From the NCBI RefSeq assembly GCF_009914755.1, contig NC_060944.1: DNA of 64,000 nt; one strand, 5' to 3'. Source of the stretch: the human T2T-CHM13v2.0 reference genome, Homo sapiens. Positions 42,184 through 55,065 of this stretch are shown here, one piece after another. A program made the position numbers and the translations under genes. The notes under the pieces are model-generated. The model saw nothing but the letters and a program-made list of their open reading frames with translations. It was not told where the DNA came from and searched no databases. Each line of letters opens with the position of its first letter. The first letter of the stretch is position 1.

Positions 42184-43595
42184 AAACATCACATCATCCA
42201 ACTTCAAACTATACTATAAGGTTACAGTAACCAAAACAGCATGATACTGGTACAGAAACAGAATATAGGCCAATGGAACAGAAGAGAGAACCCAGAAATG
42301 AAGCCACACACCTACAGCCATCTTATCTTCAACAAAGTCAACAAAAATAAGCAATGGGGAAATGACTCCCTATTCAATCAGTGGATAGCATATGTAGAAG
42401 AATGAAACTATATCCCTACCTTTTACCATATACAAAAATTAACTCAAGATGTATTAAAGATTTAAATGTAAGACCTCAATCTATAAGAATCCTAGAAGAA
42501 AACCTAGAAAATACCGTTCTGAAAATAGGCCTTGGGAAAGAATTTATGACTAAGTCCTCAAAAGCAATTACAACAAAACCAAAAATTGATAAGTGGGGCC
42601 TAGTTAAACTAAAGAGCTCCTGCACAACAAAAGAAACTATCAATGAGTAAACAGACAACCTACAGAATGGCAGAAAGTATTTACAAACTATGTGTCCAAC
42701 AAAGGTCTAATATCCAGAATCTATAAAGAACTTAACAATCAAAAACCAAATAAGCCCATTAAAAAATGGGCAAACGACATGAACAGACACTTCTCAACAG
42801 AAAACATGCAAGTGGCTAACAAACATGAAAAAATGCTCATCATCAGTAATCCTCAGATAAATGGAAATGAAAACTACAATGAGATATACCATGTCACACC
42901 AATTAGGATGGTATTATTAAAAAGGCAAAAAATAACAGATGCTTGTGAGGCTGTGGAGAAAAGGGAGCATTTATGTACTGTTGGTGGGAATGTAAATTAG
43001 CTCAGCCATTGTGGAAAGCAGTATGGTGATTTCTCTAAGATCTTAAAACAGGGCTACCATTCAACCCAACAATCCCATTATTGGGTATATACCTGAAGGA
43101 AAATACATTGTCATACCCAAAAGTCATGTGCATTTATAGGTTTATCACAGTGCTATTCACACTAGCAAAGACATGGAATCAACTTAGGTGCCCATCTACA
43201 GTGGATTGGATAAAGAAAATGTTCTACATATACACCGTAGAATACTATGCTGCCATAAAAAAGAATGAAATCATGTCCTTTGCAGCAACATGGATGCAGC
43301 TGGAGGTCATTATCATAAGTGAATTAACACAGGAAAAGAAAATCAAATACTGCATGTTCTCACTTATAAGTACTCACACATGGACATAAAGATGGGAACA
43401 GACATTGAGGACTACTGGGGTGTGGAGGGAGGGAAGGTGGCATGGATTGAAACACTGCCTATTGGATACTATGCTCATTACCTGGGTGATGAGATCAGTA
43501 TCCGAAACCTCAGCATTACACAATATACCCAGGTAACAAACATGCACATGTACCCCTTGAATGTAAAATAAAAGTTGAAATTATATTAAAAAAGA
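41975..43595 (+). mobile_element. 5'-truncated L1PA15/16-like element (ORF2 C-terminus plus 3'UTR)
   Basis: ORF2 remnants ([38 protein letters not shown]); 3' end cacatgtaccccttgaatgtaaaataaaagttgaaatt. Confidence 0.9.
42131..42179 (+). repeat. Pure poly(A)49 tract
   Basis: Directly counted. Confidence 0.95.
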
Positions 43596-43864
43596 AATGG
43601 TAATAAGTAGAGTTATTAATAACAAGGAATGACAGAAAATTATCTTAGAATTTCAGAGAAAAAACAAATGTCGATACAGATTTTTATGTAATCTAATAAT
43701 TTAATAATGATGGAAGAACATTTAAAGACATATAAAGGATATTTATATATCCTCATATGTTTTATATGTATAAATGCCCTGAAATCTATGTTTTGTTATT
43801 AATATTATAATTTAGTCTTTGTTTTTGTTAATATTGACATATTTTCTTTTAATCTCTATTTTTA

Positions 43865-44715
43865 TTTATTTAATTTTTGGATTATCCCTTTTAAATTCTT
43901 TTTTAAATTTTTTATTTTTCCATAAGTTATTGGGGTACAAGTGGTATTTGGCTACATGACTAAGTTCTTTAGTGGTGATTTGTGAGATTTGGGTGCACCC
44001 ATCACCCGGGCAGTATAAACTGTACCATATTTGTAGTCTTTTATCCCTCACCCCCCCCCACTCTTCCCCAAAAGTCCCCAAAGTCCATTGTATCATTCTT
44101 ATGCCTTCATGTCCTCATAGCCTAACTCCTACATATCAGTGAGAACATATGATGTTTGGTTTTCCATTCCTGAGTTACTTCACTTCGAATAATAGTCTCC
44201 AGTCTCATTCAGGTCACTGCAAATGCTGTTAATTCATTCCTTTTTATGGCTGCATAATATTCCATCATATATATATGATGTGTATATATATATGTTGTAT
44301 ATATATGGTGTATATATATCATATATATGGTGTATATATATGGTATATATATCATATATATGGTGTATATATATGGTATATATATCATATATATGGTGTA
44401 TATATATGGTATATATATCATATATGTGTATATATATGGTATATATATCATATATATGGTGTATATATATGGTGTATATATATGGTATATATATCATATA
44501 TGGTGTATATATATGGTATATATATCATATATATGGTGTATATATATGGTATATATATCATATATATGGTGTATATATATGGTATATATATCATATATAT
44601 GATGTATATACATACTACATATATATGATGGAATATTATGCAGCCATAAAAATGGCTTTTATTACATTAAGGTATGTCCCTTGTATGCCAATTTTGCTGA
44701 GAGTGTTAATATATG

Positions 44716-44753
<38 letters not shown>

Positions 44754-44879
44754 GGTGTATATATATGGTGTATATATGGCGTATATATATGGTTGTATAT
44801 ATATGGTATATATATGGTGTATATATATGGTATATATATGGTGTATATATATATATGGTGTGTACGTGTGTGTGTGTAT

Positions 44880-44922
<43 letters not shown>

Positions 44923-47900
44923 ACAGTTTCTTTATCCACTTGTTGATTGATGGGCATTAGGATTGGTTCCACAATTTTGCAATTGTGAATGGTGCTGCTA
45001 TAAATGTCTGTGTAGGTATTTTTTTCGAATAATGACTTATTTTCCTCTGGGTAGATACCCAGTAGTGGGATTGCTGGATCAAATGGTAGTTCTACTTTTA
45101 GTTCTTTAAGGAATCTCAAAATGGTTTTCCATAGTGGCTGTATTAGTTTACATTCCCACCAGCTGTGTAGAAGTGTTCCCTGTTCACCACATCCACACCA
45201 ACATCTACTGTTTTTTGATTTTTTGATTATGGCCATTCTTGCAGGAGTAAGGTGGTATCACATTGTGGTTTTGATTTGCATTTCCCTGATCATTAGTGAT
45301 GTTGAGAATTTTTTCATATATTTGTTGGCCATATGTATATCTTCTTTTGAGAATTGTCTATTCATGTCCTTAGCCCATTTTTTGATAGGATTGTTTTTTT
45401 CTTACGGATTTGTTTGAGTTCATTGTAGATTCTGGATATTAGCCCTTTGTCAGATGTATAGATTGTGAAGATTTTCTCCCACTCTGTGGGTTGTCTGTTT
45501 ACTCTGCTGACTGTTCCTTTTCCATGCAAAAGCTCTTTAGTTTAATTAGGTCTCAGTTATTTATCTTTGTTTTTATTGGGTTTGCTTTTGGGTTCTTGGT
45601 CATGAAATCCTTGCCTCAGCCAATGTCTAGAAGGGTTTTTCCAATGTTATCTTCTAGAATTTTTATAGTTTTAGGTCTGAGGTTTAAGTCCTTAATCCAT
45701 CTTGAGTTGATTTTTGTATAAGGTGAGAGATGAGGATCCAGTTTCATTCTCCTACATATGGCTTACCAATTGTCCCAGCACCATTTGTTGAAAAGGGTGT
45801 CCTTTCCCCACTATATGCTTTTGTTTGCTTTGTCAAAGTATTTGGGTGTGGCTGTAAGTATCTGCATTTATTTCTGGGTTCTCTATTCTGTTCCATTGGT
45901 CTATGTGCCTATTTTTATACCAGTACCATGTTGTTTTGGTGACTATGCCTTATAGTATAGTTTGAAATCAGGTAGTGTGATGCCTCCAGATTTGTTCTTT
46001 TTTGCTCAGTCTTGCTTTGGCTATGTGGGCTCTTTTTTGGTTCCATGTAAATTTTAGAATGCTTTTTCTAATTCTGTGAAGAATGATGGTGGTATTCTGA
46101 TGGGGATTGCAATGAATTTGTAGATTGCTTTTGGCAGTATGGTCATTTTCACAATATTGATTCTACCCATCCATGAGCATGGGATATATTTCCATTTGTT
46201 TGTATCATCTAAGATTTCTTTCAGCAGTGTTTTGTCATTTTCCTTGCAGAGGTCTTTCAACTCCTTTGCTAGGTATATTCCTAAGTATTTTATTTTATTT
46301 TTTCCAGCTATTGTAAAAGGGGTTGAGTTCTTCATGTGATTCTCTGCTTGGTTACTGTTGGTTTATAGAATGGCTACTGATTTGCGTACATTAATCTTGT
46401 ATCTGGAAACCTTCTTGAATTCTTTTATTAGTTCTAGGAGCTTTCTGGAGGAGTCCTTAGGGTTTTCAAGATAAATAATCATATCGTCAGCAAACAATGA
46501 CTGTGTGACTTTCTCTTTATCAATTTGGATGCCTTTTATTTCTTTTTCTTGTCTGATTGCTCCATCTAGGACTTCCAGTATTACGTTGAAGAGGAGTGGT
46601 GAGAGTGGGAATCCTTGTCTTATTCCAGTTCTCAGAGGGAATGCTTTCAACTTTTCCCCATTGAGTATTATGTTGGCTGTGGGTTTGTCATAGATGACTT
46701 TTATTACATTAAGGTGTGTCCTTTGTACGCCGATTTTGCTGAGAGTGTTAATCATAGAGGGATGCTGGATTTTGTTGTATGCTTTTTTCTGCATCTATTG
46801 AGATGAGCATGTGATTTTTGTTTTTAATTCTGTTTATGTGGCATATCACATTTATTGACTTGCGTATGTTAAACCGTCCTTGCATCCCTGATATGAAACC
46901 CACTTGATTATGGATTATCTTTTTGATGTGGTGTTGGATTCAGTTAGCTAGTACTTTGTTAAGGATTTTAGCATCTATATTCATCAAGGATATTGGTCTG
47001 TAGTTTTGTTTGTTGGTTATGTCCTTTCCTGGTTTTGGTGTAGGGTGATGCTGGCTTCATAGAATGAATTAGGGAGGGTTCCTTCTTTCTCTATCTTGTG
47101 GAATAACGTCAAAAGGATTGGTACCAATTCTTCTTTGAATGTCTGGTAGAATTCTGCTGTGAATCTGTATGGTCCTGGACTTTTTTTTATTGATAATTTT
47201 TAAACTACCATTTCAATCTGGCTGCTTGTTATTGGTTTTTTCAGAGTATCTAATTCTTCCTGATTTAAACTAGGAGGGTTGTATTTTTCCAGTAATTTAT
47301 CTGTCTCTTCTAGGTTTTCTAGTTTATGTGTGTAAAGGTGTCCACAAGTAGCTTTGAATGATCTTTTGTCTTTCAGTGGAGTCAGCTGTAATATCTCCTA
47401 TTTTGTTTCTTAATGAGGTTATTTGGATTTTCTCTCTTTTCTTGGTTAATCTTGCTAGTGGTGTATCAATTTTTTTTTATGTTTTCAAAGAACCAACTTT
47501 TTGTTTCATTCATATTTTGTATGTTTTTTGTTTCAATTTCATTTAGTTCTGCTCTGATCTTTGTTATTTTCTTTCTTCTGCTGGGTTTGGGTTTGGTTTG
47601 TTCTTGTTTCTCTAGTTCCTTGAGGTGTGACCTTAGATTTTCTGTTTGTGCTCTTTCAGACTTTTAGATGTAGGTGTTTAGGGCTATGAACTTTCCTCTT
47701 AGAACCACCTTTGCTATATCCCAGAGGTTTTGATAGGTTTTGTCATTATTGTCATTCAGTTCAAAGAATTTTTAAATTTCCATCTTGATTTTGCTTTTGA
47801 CCCAATGCTCATTCAGGAGCAGGTTATTTAATTTCCATGTATTTATGTGGTTTTGAAGGTTCCTTTTGGAGTTGATTTCCAGTTTTATTCCACTGTGGTC

Positions 47901-50900
47901 TGAGAGAGTGCTTGATATAATTTCAATTTTCTTAAATTTATTGAGGCTCGTTTTATGTCCTATCATATGGTCTCTCTTGGAGAAAATTCCATGCACTGTT
48001 GAATAGAATGTGTATTCTGTGGTTGTTGGATGAAGTGTTCTGTATATATCTGTTAAGTTAATTCGTTCCAAGGTATAGTTTAAATCCATTGTTTCTTTGT
48101 TAACTTTCTGTCTTAATGACCTGTCTAGTGCTGGAAGTGGAGTATTGACGTCCTTCACTATTATTGTGTTGCTGTCTATCTCATTTCTTAGGTCTATTAG
48201 TAATTGTTTTACAAATTTGGGAGCTCTAGTGTTATGTGCATGTATGTTTAGGATTGTGATATTTTCCTGTTGGACAAGGCCTTTTGCTATTATATAATGT
48301 CCCTCTTTGTCTCTCTTAACTGCTCTTGCTTTAAAGTTTGTTTTGTCTGATATAAGAATAGCTACCCCTGCTCACTTTTGGTGTCATTTGCATGAAATGC
48401 CTTTTTCCACCCCTTTACTTTAAGTTTATGTGAGTCCTTATGTTTTAGGTGAGTCTCCTGAAGGTAGTAGATGGTTGGTTGGTGAGCTCTTATCCATTCT
48501 GCGATTCTGTAGCTTTTAAGTGGAGCATTTAGGCCATTTACATTCAATGTTAGTATTGAAATGTGAGGTACCATTGCTTTCATCATGCTCTTTGTTGCTT
48601 GTGTACTTTTTTTGTTGTTTTTGCTTTTTAACTTGTATTTTTGTTTTATAGGTCCTGTGTGATTTATGATTTAAAGAGGTGCTGTTTTGATGTGTTTCCA
48701 GGATTTGTTTCAAGATTTAGAGCTCCTTTTAGTGGTTCTTGTAGTGGTGGCTTGATAATGGTGAATTCTCTCAGCATTTGTTTGTCTGAAAACTACTGTA
48801 TCTTTCCTTCATATATGATGCTTAGTTTCGCTGGATACAAAATTCTTGGCCGATAATTGTTTTGTTTGAGGAGGGCTGAAGATATGTCCCCAGTCCCTTC
48901 TAGCTTATAGAGTTTCTGCTGAGAAATCTGCTGTTAATCTGATAAGTTTTCCTTTATAGGTTACCTGGAGCTTCTGTCTCACAGCTCTTAAGATTCCTTC
49001 CTTCCAAATGGACTTAACTGGTATAAACAGAACACTTCATCCAACAACCACAGACTACACATTCTATTCAACAGTGCCTGGAACTTTCTCCAAGATAGAC
49101 CATAAAATAGGCCATAAAACAAACCTTAATAAATTTAAGGAAGTAATGCTCTTAACTTTGGATAACCTGATGACAGTGTGCCTAGGTGAAGATCTTTTTT
49201 GCGATGAATTTCTGAGGTAGTCTTTGTGCTTCTTGTATGTTGGTGTCTAGGTCTCTCACAAGGCTGGGGAAGTTTTCCTTGATTATTCCCCCAAATATGT
49301 TTTCCAGGCTTTTAGAATCCTTTTCTTCCTCAGGAACACCGATTATTCTTAGGTTTAGTCATTTAACATAGTCCCAGAGTTCTTGGAGGCTTTGTTCATA
49401 TTTTCTTATTCTTTTTGTCTTGGTTGGATTGGGTTAATTTAAAGACCTTGTCTTCAAGCTCTGAATTTCTTTCTTCTACTTGTTCAATTCTATTGCTGAG
49501 ACTTTCCAGAGCATTTTGCATTTCTAAAAGTGCGTCCAAATTTTCCTGAATTTTTAATTGTTTTTTTTTTCTTTATGCTATCTATTTCCTTGAATATTTC
49601 TCCCTTCACTTCTTGTATCATTTTTTGGATTTCCTTGCATTGGGCTTCACCCTTCTCTGATCCCTCCCTGATAAGCTCAATAACTAACCTCCTGAATTCT
49701 TTTTGAGGCAAATCAGAGATTTCTTCTTGGTTTGGATCCATTGCTGGTGACCTAGAGTGATTTTTTTGGGGGGTGTTGAAGAACCCTGTTTTGTCATATT
49801 ACCAGAGTTGGTTTTCTGGTTCCTTCTCATTTGGGTAGGCTCTGTCCTAGGGAAGTTCTAGGGCTGAAGGCTGTTGTTCAGATTCTTTTGTCCCAAGGGG
49901 TGTTCCCTTGATATAGTACTCTCCTCCTTTTCCTATGGATGTGGCTTCCTGTGAGCTGAACTGCAGTGATTGTTGTCTCTCTTCTGGTTGTAGCCACCCA
50001 GGAAGTCTACTCAGCTCTGGACTGGTACCAGGGGCTGTCTGCACAGTGTCCTGTGATGTGAACCATCTATGAGTCTCTCAGCCATGGATACCAGCACTTT
50101 TTCTGGTGGAAGTGGTGGAGGGTGCAATGGACTCCATGAGGGTCCTTAGCTTTGGTGGTTTAATGCTGTATTTTTATGCTGGTTGGCCCCCTGCCAGGAG
50201 GTTGTGCTTTCCAGAAAGCATCAGCTATAATAGTAGTATGGAGAGGAACCAGCGGTGGGTGGGGTCCTAGAACTCCCAAGATTATGTGCCCTTTCTCTTC
50301 CACTACCAGGATGGATAGGGAAGGACCCTCAGGTGGGGGTGGGGCTAGGCATATCTGAGCTCAGACTCTCCTTGGGCGAGTCTTGCTGTGGCTGCTGTGG
50401 GGGATGGGGGTGAGTTTCCCTGGCCACTGGAATTGTGTACCTAGGAGGATTATGGCTGCCTCTGCTGAGTCATGCAGGTTGTCAGGGAACTGGGGGAAAG
50501 TGGGCAGTCACATGCCTCACCCAGCTCCCATGCAAACCGAAGGGCCAGTCTCACTCCCACCGTGCCCCCACCCCCCACAGCAAACAGCCCCGAGTCTGTT
50601 TCTAGGCGGAGGGCAAGATGGGCTTAAAAACTTTCCTGAGAATATCTGCCTCCTAGCTGTGAAAGAAAAAGGCTTTAGTTCTTCCCCAACCTGTGAAGTC
50701 TCCACACCAGATTAATGCTCTTCCCCAAGTTCTAGCCAGGAGGCTTCTTGCCCTGTTCAAATTGTTTCAAAGTTCAGCTAGGGAATTCCTTCTCCCTGTG
50801 GAGTTTTACCCCCTGTTCCTCTAGCCACCCTCCCAATGGATCCCTGTTGTGCCAGGCAGGAATGGGCTGCTTGGGGACCCAGTGAGCTCCCAGGGCCTTT

Positions 50901-51256
50901 CTGCTGCTTCCTCTACCCCTGTCTTTTGCTCGGCTCTCTAACTTGACTCAGCTCCAGGTAAAGTCGGAAATTTCTCCCGCAAACAGACCTTCAGCTTTTC
51001 CAGTGGGGGTGTCTGTTTGTGAGAGGAGGGCCTCCGTTTCCCACTTGCACAGTTGGGGCACTCACAGTATTTGGGGTGTCTACCCGGTCCTGCAGGAGCA
51101 GTCTGCTTCCTTCAGAGGGTCTGTGGGTCCTCTCAGGATTTCTGGTTTGTTCTTGCAGTCAATCTGGAGCTAAAATTTACAATATAAGCCTCCGTATGCT
51201 GCTCTGTCCCGGCTGCAAATCTAGTCCTCCCTCCCATCCGCCATGATTCCCATACC
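43865..51256 (-). mobile_element. Full-length L1PB1 (L1PBa-type 5'UTR), decayed ORFs, 15-bp TSD
   Basis: 3' end ccataagttattggggtaca..ttctttagtggtgatttgtgagat; ORF2/ORF1 fragments in the ORF track; 5' end ctcccatccgccatgattcc; TSD taatctctattttta at 43850-43864 and 51257-51271. Confidence 0.93.
44266..44919. repeat. Compound TA-rich VNTR (~33-bp units such as atatatggtgtatatatatggtatatatatcat) plus (TA)n/(TG)n, in two blocks
   Basis: Directly visible; it produces the spurious Y/I-rich ORFs. Confidence 0.95.
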
Positions 51257-51271
51257 TAATCTCTATTTTTA

Positions 51272-52700
51272 ATCTTTGTTATTCATAGAAATGTCTCTTA
51301 ATCAATATGTAGCTACATTTTAAAAATTAAGCTGAAAGTCTATGTTTTGTAATAGGATATAGCAAACCCATTACATTCACAAAATATTTAGATTCATTTA
51401 TGTTACTTATTTTTTGTTTTATGTTTTCATTTGTGTTCTTTTCTTTTATTTTCAGGCAGTTTTAGACTGACCAAAGTCTCTTTGATCTATTTTTCTTCTT
51501 CAGTGGTTTGGAAGTTAAATATCCTATTTTGATTCTTTGCATGGTTGCTCTTACACTTTTAATGAACATCTTTAAACTTTGATTTGCGTTTTCATCAGTG
51601 AATCAGTCTGTATTTATATTCTCCCACAAACAACACTAGAATATTCACTTTTACTCCTCTTCAGTTTCTCCTCTCCCTACCACGTGATCTTCCAGAGATG
51701 TCATCAAAAATTTAGTTCTTTTTACTATTTTTTTTCAACTTTTTTTCTTCCATCATCCTACCTCATGTTTCTCAGAGATATCATCTAAAAGGTTAGATTC
51801 TTGTTAAATGTTTTTTGTAATCATCACTTAAATTATTGATTATTATAACTGATTCCTTATGTTTGGATTAAATTTTCTTCTTGCTAGAGCACATCCTTTT
51901 GTAATTCATTCAGAATTACATTTTCTGAGTCTGAAAATGCTCTTTTTTCATTCTTATACTTGGATAATTTAGTTTTAGTATTTTAAGCTCAAAATTATTT
52001 TCCCTCAGATCTTGGGAAACATTGTTCTATTGTCTTTTTTCATCTGATATTACTAGAAAACAAGTCCAGCATAAGGCTCATTCTTTTATCAAAGTGCATT
52101 ATCTATTTCACACCTTCTTCTTACCAGTCTTCTGGTAAGACTTTTCTCTTTATTCTCAGCTTTCTGAATTTTGCCATGTTGGGCTTAGTTGTAGTCTATT
52201 TTATTCATCTTGCGTAGGACTCAAAGGCTTCTTTTAAGCTGAAGTGTAATGATTCCTTTTTCCTCTCTTTTTGGAACTGTAGTAGACATTCATTGGTAAA
52301 CTGGAAGATATCTTTTATGTCTCTTTAACTTATCTTTCATAAGTTTTTAATTTTTTTCCTTTTATACATACTTTTGGAGAATTTTTAACTGCTTTTTCTG
52401 TTTTTAAAGTTACTTTCGACTGTATCCCCATACAGTAATCCATAGTGATAGAAATCAGAGTAGTGGTTTCCCGGTTTTGCGGGGAGAGAGCAGGGCAGAC
52501 ATTACCTTGGAAGGAGCACCAGGGAACTTTCTAGTGTGTGCATTGTAATAATGTTAAAATAACACTATTGTTACATAATTAAAACAACTGTATCCATTCA
52601 GCCATTTTCTCCATCTATGGATCTTTTTAAACTCTAGGATTAAAATTTTAATTTCCCCCGTGGTTTCTATATTCTCACATCTTATAAGGACATTGGTTAC
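51272..52700 (-). mobile_element. Very old L1M/HAL1-like T-rich remnants
   Basis: T-rich sequence with tctgaaaatgctctttttt, tattttccctcag, ttgttctattgtcttt motifs. Confidence 0.45.
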
Positions 52701-53309
52701 ATATATTCTATAGGCTTATATGTTTGCTTTCTCGATTTGTCCAGCTTTGGCAGATGGAAGTTATTCTTTGGTTTAGTTTGATGCCTCTTTTTATGTCAGC
52801 ATTCTTCACATGTTTGGTAAACATTTTCTGTATTTGTCTATGTTATCTGAGAGCCAAGTTTATGAAAGTCTTATCAGTTCCCTTCAGCCTGTCTTCAGAA
52901 ATTGCAGGAGGCTGGTAGAAGAAGGCAATTGTGCTATGAAATGAACCAGTGACTAGTTTGTTTCTCCTAAGTGGTGTTTGCCTCCTGAGATCCTTCTTTA
53001 ACCCTAGTCTAGAAGCTCTAATGTTCCCTGCTCCCGACTGGCATTGTATACTTTTCTTGCACTCTGCTTTGTTTAGCGAGAATAAAGAAGAGAGTGTGCA
53101 TAAGTCAATGAGTCTGGCGGTTTCTACTTAGGTCCCCCCAACCTGCAGATTTTGACTTGGAGTACCCTGGATCCTCTTTCACTCTTTATAGTAGATATCC
53201 CACACACACATTTTTGCATTTTAATAATACAATCTCATCTATTTTCATCTTTTTTATAATTCTTCATAGACTTAGGTACTTCTTCATTGTTACTCAAAAA
53301 CAGCTAAGA

Positions 53310-53610
<301 letters not shown>

Positions 53611-53959
53611 ATTTTTTTTTTTCATATGTTTTTGGACATCTAGGACTTTGGAATAAGACAGGAAGTAGGGCAGGCTACATAATTTGCAGAATCTAGTGCA
53701 AAGTTAAAAAGCGGGACATCTTGTCCAAAAAGTAGGAAAAGAAGTGTCGTTAAACGTGCTGTAATATAAAGTTTTTCTTTATAATATTTTACTAACAAAA
53801 ATCACTAGCGTTTTCCTAAGTCACTAAATTTTCCCGTATAACATCATTCTTCCCCTCAACTGGAAACTTAAAAAAAAATTTTACATTGCCCTCAGAGGCA
53901 AAAATAGCTAACACTTTTTAATCTGTGTTGAAAACATTATTTCTTCTCCTCTTTTTGAA

Positions 53960-54128
53960 ATTTTTAATTTTTTAATCTTTTAAATTACGGTGAAGTACGT
54001 ATAGTATAAAATTTACCATCTTAACCATTTTAAAGTGTTCAGCTCCATGGCGTAAATTACACTTACATTGTTGTACAACCATTGCCACTGTCCAGCTCCA
54101 GAACTCTTTTCGTCTTGCAAAACTGAAA
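53960..54128 (-). mobile_element. L1MB 3' end fragment
   Basis: taaaatttaccatcttaaccatttt..cattgttgtacaacc..ctccagaactcttttc..tgcaaaactgaaa. Confidence 0.8.
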
Positions 54129-54245
54129 AATAATAAAGCTTTTTTCTTTAAAAATGTTTATCACTTATAAAACATAATAGGAGTAATAGTGATGGATGAG
54201 GAGCAACGTAAACTGAACAATTGCAAAAAATAACATTTTTGGTGT

Positions 54246-55065
54246 TGTAGTGAGTTGACTACTGTCTGCCAAAATTCATATCCACTCAAAACCTCAGAAT
54301 ACAAACTTATTTAGATACAGGGTCTTTTTTGTTTGTTTGTTTGTTTTAATTTTATTATTATTATACTTTAAGTTTTAGGGTACATGTGCACAACGTGCAG
54401 GTTTGTTACATATGTATACAGGTGCCATGTTGGTCTGCTGCATCCATTAACTCGTCATTTAGCATTAGGTATGTCTCCTAATGCTATCCCTCCCCCCTCC
54501 CCCCACCCCACAACAGTCCCCAGAGTGTGATGTTCCCCTTCCTGTGTCCATGTGTTCTCATTGTTCAATTCCCACCTATGAGTGAGAACATGCGGTGTTT
54601 GGTTTTTTGTCCTTGTGATAGTTTGCTGAGAATGATGGTTTCCAGTTTCATCCATGTCCCTACAAAGGACATGAGCTCATCATTTTTTATGGCAGCATAG
54701 CATTGATACAGGGTCTTTGTTGATGTAACTGGATTAATGTGAAGTCACTCTGGATTAAAGTAGGTACTAAATCCAATAGCTAGTGTCCCGAGAAGCAGAG
54801 GAGAGGACACAGAGACATCCAGAGGAGAAGGCCATGTGAAGACAGAGGCAGAGATTGCAGTTATGCTGTCACTAGCCAGGGAACACCTGAAGCCACCTGA
54901 AGCTGGAAGAGGCAAGGAAGGGTGGAACCTGTAGAGAGAGCACCACCCTATTGACACCTTGATTTTGGACTTCTGGCCTCCAGAACTGTGACAGAATGAA
55001 TTTATGTTGTTTTAGTTTGCCCAGTTTGTGGTAATTTGTTGCAGCAGCCCTATGAAACTAATACA
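54246..55065 (+). mobile_element. MLT1B/C solo LTR split by an L1PA insertion
   Basis: tgtagtgagttga...gcagcagccctatgaaactaataca; 5-bp TSD ggtgt/ggtat. Confidence 0.85.
54328..54704 (-). mobile_element. 5'-truncated L1PA4/5-like 3' end with 14-bp TSD
   Basis: TSD gatacagggtcttt at 54314-54327 and 54705-54718; (TTTG)n-decayed tail. Confidence 0.93.

Noticed and set aside
41885-42244. Poly-lysine-containing ORF
   Set aside because: Translation of the A49 run within a decayed L1 ORF2.
44209-44960. Multiple Tyr/Ile-rich ORFs up to 245 aa
   Set aside because: Translations of a TA-rich VNTR that lacks stop codons.
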